A stretch of DNA of 64,000 nucleotides from Candidatus Iainarchaeum sp. (GTDB lineage Archaea > Iainarchaeota > Iainarchaeia > Iainarchaeales > JAZDDZ01). Each line of letters opens with the position of its first letter. The first letter of the stretch is position 1. This document shows, in pieces, positions 1 through 9,436 of the stretch. The translations under genes and the position numbers were made by a program. Under the pieces are notes generated by a model. It was not told the origin of the DNA, did no database searches, and saw only the letters and a program-made list of their open reading frames with translations. Location of the stretch: positions 1-64,000 of the forward strand of contig JAZDDZ010000042.1 in assembly GCA_043809245.1 (NCBI GenBank). Reading direction: 5' to 3'.

Positions 1-257
1 TGGCATAAATTTAAATATAAGGTAGGATTATAGATTTACGGGGAAAACCGATGTGCTTTAACTCCCAATACGAAGAGATATATCCAAAATCTACTCGTAA
101 GACAGTTTAAGCGCACCCTTGTAAGGAATTCAAAGTTTGGAGTGCAAACCTGTTCGATTATGTAACAGGTTAGCCCTAAGTAGTTCCTTGCATTAAATTA
201 GGTCTGCGTAAGGCTTTTTTGCCTTTAAAAGCCTTAAGCAAAAAAAAAGAGAGGGTG

Positions 258-635
258 ATGAGTATGGGCTTGGTTTCATTAACTTTTGGAGAGGGGCGCA
301 ACAGTTTTTCCGTTGCCCCGCAAATCAGTATCATTCAGCCGATGGACGGCTTGAGAGTTGACCCGAACATTGAAAACAAATTGGAGGTCAAAAAAGTCTG
401 CCAGTTTTTGGGCCACGACGATTTATACATTGTCGGAGAAGTGAAATCCGGGGTTGTCGGCGAAACAATGTGCTCAAAGATTGGAGACAACACTTTGGAA
501 ATAGTGGAACTTGAATGCAAGTTCCGCGGCGCAAGAAAAGCAAAGCCTGGAATGATGATTGGCATCACGTGCAAGGGCGCGCCAAGGGAAGCGATTGACA
601 AGGGATTGGTGCTGGAATTCCAGCCAAAAAGCTGA
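258..635 (+). CDS. Small protein with EF-Tu domain II-like beta-barrel
   Basis: ATG 258 after GAGGGTG; pattern V.KV....G...IVGEVKSGVV...AKPGMMIGI resembles translation-factor domain II. Confidence 0.55.
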   Translation: MSMGLVSLTFGEGRNSFSVAPQISIIQPMDGLRVDPNIENKLEVKKVCQFLGHDDLYIVGEVKSGVVGETMCSKIGDNTLEIVELECKFRGARKAKPGMMIGITCKGAPREAIDKGLVLEFQPKS

Positions 636-688
636 AAAAAATTGATTGGCTAACCCTCTTGAAAAAAAGGCATTTTTTGAAATGGGGC

Positions 689-907
689 TTATTTCCCCAT
701 TCTCACTTCTTTTACGTTTAAATCGAATTTTGTGCCCTTTGTAGGTGTGTGCACGTAAAGGTACACTATTCCAAAGCCGAATGCAATCATTGCAAAAATA
801 ATGTCAAAATAGTGCTCCCTCCAGAGAATGTCAAAGGAGTAAATGAATGGAATGATTATGAGAGCCAATGCAACCGTGGTGTCCAATGGCTTTTCAAGTG
901 CGCCCAT
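689..907 (-). CDS. Small two-TM membrane protein
   Basis: 72 aa, two hydrophobic segments; paralogous to neighbour (GIVYLY motif). Confidence 0.6.
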   Translation of the reverse strand: MGALEKPLDTTVALALIIIPFIYSFDILWREHYFDIIFAMIAFGFGIVYLYVHTPTKGTKFDLNVKEVRMGK

Positions 908-911
908 AAAA

Positions 912-1124
912 TCACGCCTTTGCTTCCTTTAGCTTCAGTGTAACTGCCTCGGATTTTGTGTCAAGAGAACTGTAAAGGTAAACTATTCCCGCTGCAAAGA
1001 CAAGAATTGCGATGAAAACATTCATCAGCGATTCGGCCCTGAGCCTGACAAAAAGATAGTAAACCGACACGAAAATGACTGCAAGAGAGAAAGTTATCTC
1101 CGGCACGTTTTCAGTTATCGCCAT
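912..1124 (-). CDS. Small two-TM membrane protein
   Basis: 70 aa, two hydrophobic segments, GIVYLY motif. Confidence 0.6.
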   Translation of the reverse strand: MAITENVPEITFSLAVIFVSVYYLFVRLRAESLMNVFIAILVFAAGIVYLYSSLDTKSEAVTLKLKEAKA

Positions 1125-1198
1125 AAAGAAATAGCCCCGTAAAAGGTTTAAAAGGCTTCTTTTTTACGGTTAAAGAGTGAATAAGTATATTTTTATAG

Positions 1199-1723
1199 GT
1201 GTTTGGTGCAATAATTCTAATAGGTGGTGCCATAGAGGAAAGCCTTGCATTGGAGCGCAACCAATATGGAAGGGCTTTAACTGATTTTCTTCACTCCCGC
1301 ACCTTGAACGAGCTTGAAAACACTGCTTTTTTGGATGGCGAAATTGAAAGGGTTTTCGCGGAAAAAAAAGTGCTATTAGAGCCTGAAAAGTTTTCCCAGC
1401 GCGAGGGAAGGTTTGATTTTCTTGCCGAAACAAAAAACGGGAAGCTGATTGGCTTTGAGGTTCTCACAAGGCCCTCCAAGCACAAGCTTGAGAAAAAACT
1501 GGCTTACAGCAAAAGCGTTGACGAATTCGTTTTCGTGCTTCCCTCAGAGGCAATGGGCTTTTACCGAAAACCAAAGCAAAGGGTTTTCAACAGGTGCTGC
1601 AGGCAGAAATTTTTCGGAAAAAGCTTTGCGGACAAAAAACTAAAGGCATGGATTTACAGCCTCGGAGAAAAAAGGTTCACGGAAAAAGCCGCATTCAGCG
1701 AAGTGTTTAATGTGAAAAGATAA
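1199..1723 (+). CDS. PD-(D/E)XK nuclease-fold hypothetical protein
   Basis: GRFDFLAE...IGFEVLT motif; true start uncertain. Confidence 0.5.
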   Translation: MFGAIILIGGAIEESLALERNQYGRALTDFLHSRTLNELENTAFLDGEIERVFAEKKVLLEPEKFSQREGRFDFLAETKNGKLIGFEVLTRPSKHKLEKKLAYSKSVDEFVFVLPSEAMGFYRKPKQRVFNRCCRQKFFGKSFADKKLKAWIYSLGEKRFTEKAAFSEVFNVKR

Positions 1724-1782
1724 AGCAAATTTTGCACGCTCAATGCCTTATAAATATTAACTGCGAATAAATTATTCTGCAA

Positions 1783-1929
1783 GGGCCCGTAGCCTAGCCT
1801 GGATAGGGCAACAGCCTTCTAAGGCCGTCACGGCCGGCCGGTCCGAGCGCGGCACGCGCTTCGCTTGGCCCCGCATGCCTTCGGCTAGAAGAAAGCTGTA
1901 GGTCGAGGGTTCAAATCCCTCCGGGCCCG
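1783..1929 (+). tRNA. tRNA-Arg(TCT) with 72-nt intron at 37/38 (1822-1893)
   Basis: Acceptor GGGCCCG/CGGGCCC, anticodon stem ACAGC/GCTGT, TTCAAATC T-loop, BHB CTTC/GAAG; TATA box at ~1748-1756. Confidence 0.93.
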
Positions 1930-2708
1930 CTTGATTTCTTCCCGCTCACAACAAAAAAATCCTTTTTGCGGAGAATCCACTGCAGCTGCAAAAGCAAATG
2001 GCTGCCGTGGATTTTTGGCGCAGAATCTGCAAAGGCGATTTCGTTTTCCCTGAACCACTTCAGCACCTCGCCAATGGTGTGCGTTTTTTCAAATGGATGC
2101 GCGTACTTGTCCATCAACCAGATTCTGCGCTTTTCGTCAACAAGCCTGTTGCCGCAGAACAAACGGTTGGCTAAGGCGATTCTTTTCTCTGCGTTTTTTC
2201 CTGCGAACAAGGATAGTAAAAGGTTTTTCAGAAATGTTTCAAGCCTGCCGAAACGGTTGTACAAGCCGATGCAGATAAAGCCATTCGGCTTTAAAACGCG
2301 GCAGAGCTCCTTGAAAGCGGAGCGCGGGTTTTCCGTGTGGTGCAAAACACCCAAAGAGAAAATGAAGTCAAAGGAAGCCGAGGGAAAGGAAAGGCGATTG
2401 ATGTCCATCTGTTTGAATTCCACCTTGTTCAGGCTGAATTTCTTTGCAAGCAGCCTTGCCTTTGCAAGCGAGGCTTCGCTTAAATCCACGCCAATGCATT
2501 CAGCGCCTCCTGAAGCGAATGCGCAGATGAATTCTCCCGTGCCGCAGCCTGCCTCCAAAACTTTTTCGCCTGAACTGAATGCGCCTGGCTTTCGCTTAAC
2601 CAGCGCCGCAATCCATTCAGCGTTTTTCAGCAAATCCTCTTTGGAGGAGATAGACTTGCTTGGATAGGGAAATGATTCGTAAAATTGCTTCACTTTTTCC
2701 GCAGGCAT
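1911..2708 (-). CDS. Class I SAM-dependent methyltransferase
   Basis: VLEAGCGTG motif I, GVDLS, FDFIFSLGVLHH, RVLKPNG. Confidence 0.9.
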   Translation of the reverse strand: MPAEKVKQFYESFPYPSKSISSKEDLLKNAEWIAALVKRKPGAFSSGEKVLEAGCGTGEFICAFASGGAECIGVDLSEASLAKARLLAKKFSLNKVEFKQMDINRLSFPSASFDFIFSLGVLHHTENPRSAFKELCRVLKPNGFICIGLYNRFGRLETFLKNLLLSLFAGKNAEKRIALANRLFCGNRLVDEKRRIWLMDKYAHPFEKTHTIGEVLKWFRENEIAFADSAPKIHGSHLLLQLQWILRKKDFFVVSGKKSSGPGGI

Positions 2709-2727
2709 TAATTTTCACCGAAGCATT

Positions 2728-3366
2728 TCAGAATTTTAACGCATTCATTGCCTTTGGCAGATCCTTTTCGTCTATCACGAAAAGCGTGTCAGTCCAGGAG
2801 CTCATTGTTTCAACTATGTTTATTCCGTTCTCGGAAAATCGGCTGTAAAGGAAAGCCATTACGCCGGGGGTGCCCTCGATTTCCTCGCTTGTCCTCAGAA
2901 TTATTTCAACCAGCCCTTTTTTTTCCTGTATGAGGTTATAGCGGAAGGTTTCAGCGATTTTTGTTGCGGCGGTTGACGTGGTTATTATTGAAAATGATTT
3001 GCTGCCGTGAATCATGTGAAGGGTTTCCTCTTCCTCCGCTATTTCGTTTACTAGCTTTGCAAGAGAGGACATGGAAATCTTTGAGTCAAGGAAAACAACG
3101 CTAATCCGGTTTTTCACCTCAAGCTTGCTGCCCTTCAGCAGGCGCAGAATTCTGCCCTGGCTTTCCTTGCCGGGCCTTGTTTTTTCCGAAAGCCTTCTGA
3201 GTGCGACAACAATTGCGCCGAAATCCCTTTCCGAGAGCTTTTCCTCGCGGATTATCTGGCGTGCAAGAGCGGAAAAATTAACCAGGCCATGGCGAAGGCA
3301 GTCAATGATGAAAGGCTTCTCCGAAACGAATTTTTCAGCGGTTCCCGCAATGGAATTGTTGGACAT
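2728..3366 (-). CDS. ACT-domain protein, predicted amino-acid-responsive regulator
   Basis: N-terminal GLVNFSALAR helix, C-terminal TPGVMAFLYSRFSENGINIVE ACT fold; divergent from arg operon. Confidence 0.8.
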   Translation of the reverse strand: MSNNSIAGTAEKFVSEKPFIIDCLRHGLVNFSALARQIIREEKLSERDFGAIVVALRRLSEKTRPGKESQGRILRLLKGSKLEVKNRISVVFLDSKISMSSLAKLVNEIAEEEETLHMIHGSKSFSIITTSTAATKIAETFRYNLIQEKKGLVEIILRTSEEIEGTPGVMAFLYSRFSENGINIVETMSSWTDTLFVIDEKDLPKAMNALKF

Positions 3367-3394
3367 AAGCAATCTTTAAAGGCAAAAGGCTTAA

Positions 3395-3425
3395 ATGTCT
3401 TATTCTGGACATAATTTGTCTTATT
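3395..3425. promoter_or_regulatory. Candidate operator between ACT regulator and argJ
   Basis: ATGTC-N8-GACAT palindrome (3395-3412) and TGTCTTATT direct repeat at 3396 and 3417. Confidence 0.4.
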
Positions 3426-3495
3426 TGTCGTTTTTGGGGCGTTATGCTTATTAACTTCATTGGGCAATTTTAATTATCTTTTTTAAGGTGGGGCA

Positions 3496-4671
3496 ATGAA
3501 ATTGGTCAGGGGCGGCATTAGCTTTCCCAAAGGATTCTATGCCGTTGGAAAAAAAGCCGGAATCAAGCTGAGAAAAAAGGACTTAAGCGTCATTTACAGC
3601 GAGTCACCTGCGAATGCCGCGGGCTGCTTTACATTGAATACTGTTAAGGCAGCGCCGGTAATAATCTGCATGGAGCGCCTAAAGAAGGGAAAGGCACAGG
3701 CAATCGTTGCAAACAGCGGCTGCGCCAATGCATGCACGGGAAAAAAGGGATTGGATGATGCGAAAAAAATAGCGGCAACCGCGGCAAAAGAGCTGAAGGT
3801 TGATGAACAGCTTGTTTTGGTTGCATCAACAGGATTGATCGGCTCCTTTCTTCCGGTTGGAAAAATAAAGCGCGCGCTTCACGGAATCATGAGAAAGCTT
3901 GGGAAAAGCAATTTCTTTTCACATGCCGCAGCTGAAGCAATAATGACAACTGACGATGAGAGGAAAGAATTGGCGTTAAGGGAGAACGGGGTTAGGTTCG
4001 GCGCAATGGCAAAGGGCGCGGGAATGATTATGCCTAACATGGCTACAATGTTCTGCTTTATCACGACTGACGCAATAGCGTCTTCTAAACTCTGCGAAAG
4101 GGCGCTGAAGAAAGCAGTTGAAAAGTCTTTCAACCGCCTTTCAATTGACGGTGACATGAGCACAAACGATTCAGCCATCTTGCTTGCAAACGGTGCAAGC
4201 GGAAAAAAGTTGCCGGACAGGAAATTTTTTGCGGCAATTGAATTTATCTGCACTGAGATGGCAAAAAAAATGGCTGAGGACGGGGAGGGCGCAACTAAAA
4301 TGATTGAAGCGGAAGTACTCGGCGTGAAAACAGAGAAAGCCGCAAAGGCAATGGCTTTGTCAATAGTGAATTCGGCGCTAGTGAAAAGCGCTGTTTTCGG
4401 CGAGGACCCAAATTGGGGAAGGGTACTGGCTGCAATTGGCTCCACTAAGGAAAAATTCAACCCGGAAAAAGCAGGGGTATTCCTGAACGGAATAGCCGTT
4501 GCAAGGAAAGGCGTTGGCGTGAAATTCAACAAGATTCGCATGGAGAAAGCGCTTGCGGGAAAAAAAGTCAAAATAACAGTAAAGCTCGGCGAAGGCAGGA
4601 AAAAGGCAACTGCCTGGGGCTGCGACCTGACATACGAGTACGTGGAAATAAACGCCGCCTATCACAATTGA
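3496..4671 (+). CDS. argJ: Bifunctional ornithine acetyltransferase/N-acetylglutamate synthase
   Basis: NSGCANACTG, KGAGMIMPNMATM autoproteolysis site, DGDMSTND, DPNWGR. Confidence 0.97.
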   Translation: MKLVRGGISFPKGFYAVGKKAGIKLRKKDLSVIYSESPANAAGCFTLNTVKAAPVIICMERLKKGKAQAIVANSGCANACTGKKGLDDAKKIAATAAKELKVDEQLVLVASTGLIGSFLPVGKIKRALHGIMRKLGKSNFFSHAAAEAIMTTDDERKELALRENGVRFGAMAKGAGMIMPNMATMFCFITTDAIASSKLCERALKKAVEKSFNRLSIDGDMSTNDSAILLANGASGKKLPDRKFFAAIEFICTEMAKKMAEDGEGATKMIEAEVLGVKTEKAAKAMALSIVNSALVKSAVFGEDPNWGRVLAAIGSTKEKFNPEKAGVFLNGIAVARKGVGVKFNKIRMEKALAGKKVKITVKLGEGRKKATAWGCDLTYEYVEINAAYHN

Positions 4672-4687
4672 AAGAAAGTGAAAGCAA

Positions 4688-5857
4688 ATGGATTCGAAAA
4701 AATTGATTGCATTAGAGGAAAGCGTAATAATGCAGAGCTATGGCCGTGCTCCGATTGTTTTGGAGAAAGGAAAAGGCTGCTGGCTCTGGGGCAGCGACGG
4801 CAAAAAATACCTCGACCTTGTGGGAGCGCTTGCCACGTGCAGCATTGGCTACGCGAACAAGGAACACGCTGAAGCGATTTGCGCGCAGGCGAAAAAACTG
4901 GTGAATACAACTAACCTTTACTTCACGGAGCCGCAAATTCTTTTGGCTGCAAAGCTGCAGCAACTCAGCGGAATGGGCAAAAGCTTTTTCTCAAATTCAG
5001 GCAGCGAAGCGGTTGAAGTCGCTTTAAAGCTCGCTAGAAAGGCGACTGGAAAAAAAGGAGTAATTGCAACTGAGCGCGCATTTCATGGCAGGACAATGGC
5101 CGCGCTTGCAGCGACATGGAAGGAAAACTACAAGGATTACTGCGCTCCGCATGTTCCGGGATTCAAGCACGTTCCATTCAATGATGTGGATGCACTTGAG
5201 AAAGCAGTTGATGAAAGCACAGCAGCATTCATTGTGGAGCCAATTCAGGGGGAATCAGGAATAATTGTTCCGGAGAAGGGTTACTTGAAAAAAGTGCGGG
5301 AAATCTGCTCAAGGAAAGGAATCCTTTTGATTGTGGATGAAGTGCAGACAGGAACAGCGAGGACTGGAAAATTTTTTGCATTTGAGCATGAAGGAATAAA
5401 GCCGGACATTGCCGCGCTGGCGAAAGGAATAGGCAACGGAGTAAGCATTGGAGTCACAATTGCAGAGCAAGGCATTGATTTCGGAAAAGGGCAGCAGGGG
5501 TCAACGTTTGGGGGAAATCCCCTTGCGTGCAGTGCAGCGCTTGCAACCATTGAATTCATTGAAAAAAACAAGCTGGCAGGAAATGCGGAAAAAATGGGGG
5601 CATATGCCGTGGAAAAGCTGGAAAAAATGAAGAAAGAAATTTCCGCGATAAAAGAAGTGCGCGGAAAAGGATTGATGATTGGCATTGAATTGCATGGCGA
5701 CGCAAAAAAAATCGTGGAAAAATGCAGGGAAAAAGGCGTTTTGGTCAACGCGGCAACTGATTCAACTGTAAGGCTTTTGCCTCCGCTTATCATTTCCAAA
5801 GAAGAGATTGATTTTGGCTTGAAAGTGATTGGCGGAGCGTTAAAGGAGTTGAAGTGA
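4688..5857 (+). CDS. argD: Acetylornithine aminotransferase
   Basis: FHGRT, EPIQGESG, DEVQTG, AKGIGNG PLP lysine, STFGGNPL. Confidence 0.95.
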   Translation: MDSKKLIALEESVIMQSYGRAPIVLEKGKGCWLWGSDGKKYLDLVGALATCSIGYANKEHAEAICAQAKKLVNTTNLYFTEPQILLAAKLQQLSGMGKSFFSNSGSEAVEVALKLARKATGKKGVIATERAFHGRTMAALAATWKENYKDYCAPHVPGFKHVPFNDVDALEKAVDESTAAFIVEPIQGESGIIVPEKGYLKKVREICSRKGILLIVDEVQTGTARTGKFFAFEHEGIKPDIAALAKGIGNGVSIGVTIAEQGIDFGKGQQGSTFGGNPLACSAALATIEFIEKNKLAGNAEKMGAYAVEKLEKMKKEISAIKEVRGKGLMIGIELHGDAKKIVEKCREKGVLVNAATDSTVRLLPPLIISKEEIDFGLKVIGGALKELK

Positions 5858-5858
5858 A

Positions 5859-6818
5859 ATGGAAGGCAAAAAGATTGCAATAATTGGGGCAAGCGGCTTC
5901 ACTGGAAAAACACTTGCGGAAATTCTTTCAATGCATTCAGGGGTTGAATTGTGCGCGCTTAACTCCCACAGCTATGGCGGAAAATTAATGGAAGGGCTTT
6001 ACCCTGAATTCACTGGCTCCGGCCTGAAATTCACAAATCATTCTGTTGAAGAAATCACGAAAATGAAGCCCGCGCTTGTTTTCCTCGCATTGCCTGACGG
6101 AGAGGCGCAAAAAATAGCGCCGAAAATTCTGGAAAAAGGAATAAAGGCAATTGATTTAAGCAAGGATTACCGCTTTTCCGCTGACGCAGCCTATGGATTG
6201 ACGGAATTCTTTGCGGAAAAAATAAAAGTGGCGAAGCTTGTTGCAAACCCAGGGTGTTATGCCACTGCATGCCTTCTTGCCGCAAAGCCATTGGATGAAT
6301 TCGGCGGGGTAAAGCACTTTGTTTTTGACTGCAAGAGCGGAGTCAGCGGCGCGGGAAAAGAACCGTCGGAAGTGAACAACTTCAATTTTCTTTCCGAGAA
6401 CATTCTGGCTTACAAGTTGACCAAACACAAGCATGTTGCGGAAATACAGCAGTTTCTTGACGCAAAGGTTTCCTTTACGCCGCATGTGCTGCCCGCAATC
6501 CGCGGCATAATGTGCACAATGCACGCGCTGATGGATAAAAGCGTTGACTCGGAGAGAATCCGAAAGATTTACGAAAAGGCTTATTCCGGAAAGGAATTCG
6601 TGAAAGTGCTTGATGCAAGGCTGCCTGAACTTCACGGGGTTCAGAACAGCAACCGCTGCCATATCGGCGGCTTTGAATCGGACGAACACAATCGCATAGT
6701 TGTGGTTTCAACGATTGACAATCTCGTGAAAGGCGCTGCGGGGCAGGCTGTACAAAACATGAACTTAATGCTTGGCTTCAGGGAAAACGAGGGTTTGGCG
6801 AAATGGATGAAGAAATGA
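5859..6818 (+). CDS. argC: N-acetyl-gamma-glutamyl-phosphate reductase
   Basis: GASGFTG, NPGCYAT, SGVSGAG, DNLVKGAAGQAVQN. Confidence 0.97.
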   Translation: MEGKKIAIIGASGFTGKTLAEILSMHSGVELCALNSHSYGGKLMEGLYPEFTGSGLKFTNHSVEEITKMKPALVFLALPDGEAQKIAPKILEKGIKAIDLSKDYRFSADAAYGLTEFFAEKIKVAKLVANPGCYATACLLAAKPLDEFGGVKHFVFDCKSGVSGAGKEPSEVNNFNFLSENILAYKLTKHKHVAEIQQFLDAKVSFTPHVLPAIRGIMCTMHALMDKSVDSERIRKIYEKAYSGKEFVKVLDARLPELHGVQNSNRCHIGGFESDEHNRIVVVSTIDNLVKGAAGQAVQNMNLMLGFRENEGLAKWMKK

Positions 6819-7669
6819 TTGAAAAGGTCTTTCGCGTGGAAGGAATTCCGCCGGAGGAAGGGAAAAGGTTTCTTGAAAAATTCAGGGCAATTCCACCCAT
6901 GAACTTTGCTGTAATCAAGGTAAGCGGGGAATGCCTTGAAACAGATGAATCCAAAAACGCGATAACAAAAGGATTGAATTTCCTTTTCTCCCTCGGGCTA
7001 TATCCAATAGTTATTCACGGCGCGGGAAAAGGCATTGACAGGGCAATGCATGAGAAAGGCCTGAAAATAAAAAAAGTCGGCGGGTTAAGGTTCACTGGGA
7101 AAAAGACGCTTAAAATAGTCATGGATGTTTCGGGAAAAGTTAACGCGGAATTCGTTGGGGCGCTGAACGACTTCGAGCCAGTGGCTGAAGGCCTTGTGGG
7201 CAAAAAAATTTTCATCGCTGAGCCGCTTGAAGAAAAAAAATACGGTTTTGTGGGAGAGGTCAAAATTGTCAAGCTTTCTGACATAAAAAAAGCGGTTTCA
7301 GGGAAAAGGATTCCCGTTGTGCCTTTTTTCGGCTTCAAGGGAAAACAGGCATACAACATTAACGCGGACGAGGCTGCAAACCATTTGGTGAAAGCGGTTA
7401 AGCCCGCAAAATTCATTGTATTCACTGAGGTTGGAGGCGTGCTTGACAAAAACGGAAAAGTCATTTCAGAGCTGGACATTCAGGGAATGCAGGAAATGAT
7501 TGAGTCTGGCGCGGCAACAGAGGGAATGAAGGTCAAGCTTGAGCAGATAATCGAGTTAATGCATAAAATGCCGAACGGCTTCAGGGTTCACATTACCTCG
7601 CCGAAAAAATTCATCCGCGAGCTTTTCACAGATAAAGGCTCGGGCACGCTTGTGTGCAAAAGGCTTTGA
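6803..7669 (+). CDS. argB: Acetylglutamate kinase
   Basis: VIKVSG, IHGAG, NINADEAA, GMKVKL, ELFTDKGSGT. Confidence 0.92.
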   Translation: MDEEMIEKVFRVEGIPPEEGKRFLEKFRAIPPMNFAVIKVSGECLETDESKNAITKGLNFLFSLGLYPIVIHGAGKGIDRAMHEKGLKIKKVGGLRFTGKKTLKIVMDVSGKVNAEFVGALNDFEPVAEGLVGKKIFIAEPLEEKKYGFVGEVKIVKLSDIKKAVSGKRIPVVPFFGFKGKQAYNINADEAANHLVKAVKPAKFIVFTEVGGVLDKNGKVISELDIQGMQEMIESGAATEGMKVKLEQIIELMHKMPNGFRVHITSPKKFIRELFTDKGSGTLVCKRL

Positions 7670-7717
7670 ACGAAAACCGACAAATGCTTTAAACCCTTCC
7701 ATTGATTATTTTTTGTT

Positions 7718-9436
7718 ATGAGCGAAGTCAACAAGGCGATTGCAAAGGCGCTGGCTAAAGCGATTGCAGCGGAAGGAGTAAAAGAGGAAAACGTGCTTGC
7801 ATTGCTTGAAAAACCCCCTAACCCGGAGTTGGGGGATTTCGCTTTTCCCTGCTTCAAGCTCGCGGCACAGCTGAAAAAGGCGCCGCAGCAGATTGCAGCG
7901 GAACTGCATGAAAAAATGGCTAAAATCAGCGGAGTTGAAAGGATTGAAACCGCGGGAGCCTACCTTAATTTTTTCGTGGAAAAAGGATTTGCGGCTAAAA
8001 AAATCATCCCAAAAATAACAGGGGAAAAACAGAAATTCGGCCTCTCAAAAGAGGGAAGGGGAAAAAAGGCACTGATTGAATTCTGCTCGCCTAACGCAAA
8101 CAAGCCACTGCACTTGGGGCATTTGAGGAACATCTGCTTAGGGGAATCAATTGCAAGGCTTTACGAGGCAAAAGGATTCAAGGTGCCGAGAACTCAAGTG
8201 GTCAATGACCGCGGCATCCACATAACAAAGACAATGCTTGCATTCAAGTTGTTCGGCAAGGGAAAGACTCCACAAAAGGAAAAAAAGAAACCAGACCACT
8301 TTGTCGGCGATTATTATGTTAAGTACAACAAGGAGGCCGCAAAAAACACTGGCATGGAAATGCAGGCGCAGGAGCTTTTGAGGAAATGGGAAAAAAAAGA
8401 AAAGGAAGCAGTTGCTTTATGGAAGAAAATAACAAAATGGGTGCTGGAAGGATTCAATGAAACTTACAAGGAATTAAACGTCAAGTTCGACAAGACCTTT
8501 TTTGAAAGCCAATTGTACGAAAAGGGAAGAAAAATAGTAAATGAAGGCGTGAAAAAAGGCGTGTTCAAGAAAAAAGAAGGCGCAGTGATAGTCGAACTTG
8601 AGGAATTCGGCTTGCCGAACAAAATTCTTCTCAGAAGCGACGGAACATCGCTTTATATGACCCAGGACTTGTTCCTCGCGAAAAAAAAATTCGAGGAATT
8701 CAAGTTCCAGCAAAGCATTTACGTTGTAGGCTCAGAGCAAAACCTTTACTTCAGGCAATTATTCAAAACCCTTGAGCTTTTGGGCTTTAAGTGGGCCAAC
8801 AGGCTCAGGCATTTAAGCTATGGGATGGTTAACCTTCCAAGCGGAAAAATGAAGAGCAGGGAAGGCACGGTTGTTGACGCGGACAACTTGCTCGCAGAGT
8901 TAAGGCAGCTAGCGGAAAAAGAGTTAAAGAAAAGATACAAGCTGGACAAAAAAGAACTGGAGAAAAGAAAAAATGCAATCTCATTGGCGGCTGTTAAATT
9001 TTATTTGCTGAAAACCGATGCAGCGAAAGACATGCTTTTCAACCCTGAGGAAAGCATTTCATTTGAGGGGGAAACAGGGCCTTACGTTCTTTACTCTTAT
9101 GCGCGCGCGAAAAGCATTAAGCGAAAGGCAAGGGAAACCTATCTCAAAAAAATAAAATTTGACATGCTGAAAGAGGATTCCGAGAAAAAACTCGTGCTGA
9201 AGCTCGCGGAATACGAGAACGCGTTAGGCGATTCCTTCCGCAACCTGAGCCCGCACACACTCTGCCATTATCTGCTGGAGCTTGCATCCGCGTTCAATTC
9301 CTTTTACCACGAACTGCCTGTATTGAAAGCGGAAAAAGACGTGATGCCCGCAAGGCTTGAATTAGTTGAAGCCACTGCCCACGTGCTGAAAAACGGGTTG
9401 AATGTTTTAGGCATTGAAGTGCTGGAAAAGATGTGA
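7718..9436 (+). CDS. argS: Arginyl-tRNA synthetase
   Basis: SPNANKPLHLGHLRN, GKMKSREG, C-terminal EKM. Confidence 0.97.
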   Translation: MSEVNKAIAKALAKAIAAEGVKEENVLALLEKPPNPELGDFAFPCFKLAAQLKKAPQQIAAELHEKMAKISGVERIETAGAYLNFFVEKGFAAKKIIPKITGEKQKFGLSKEGRGKKALIEFCSPNANKPLHLGHLRNICLGESIARLYEAKGFKVPRTQVVNDRGIHITKTMLAFKLFGKGKTPQKEKKKPDHFVGDYYVKYNKEAAKNTGMEMQAQELLRKWEKKEKEAVALWKKITKWVLEGFNETYKELNVKFDKTFFESQLYEKGRKIVNEGVKKGVFKKKEGAVIVELEEFGLPNKILLRSDGTSLYMTQDLFLAKKKFEEFKFQQSIYVVGSEQNLYFRQLFKTLELLGFKWANRLRHLSYGMVNLPSGKMKSREGTVVDADNLLAELRQLAEKELKKRYKLDKKELEKRKNAISLAAVKFYLLKTDAAKDMLFNPEESISFEGETGPYVLYSYARAKSIKRKARETYLKKIKFDMLKEDSEKKLVLKLAEYENALGDSFRNLSPHTLCHYLLELASAFNSFYHELPVLKAEKDVMPARLELVEATAHVLKNGLNVLGIEVLEKM

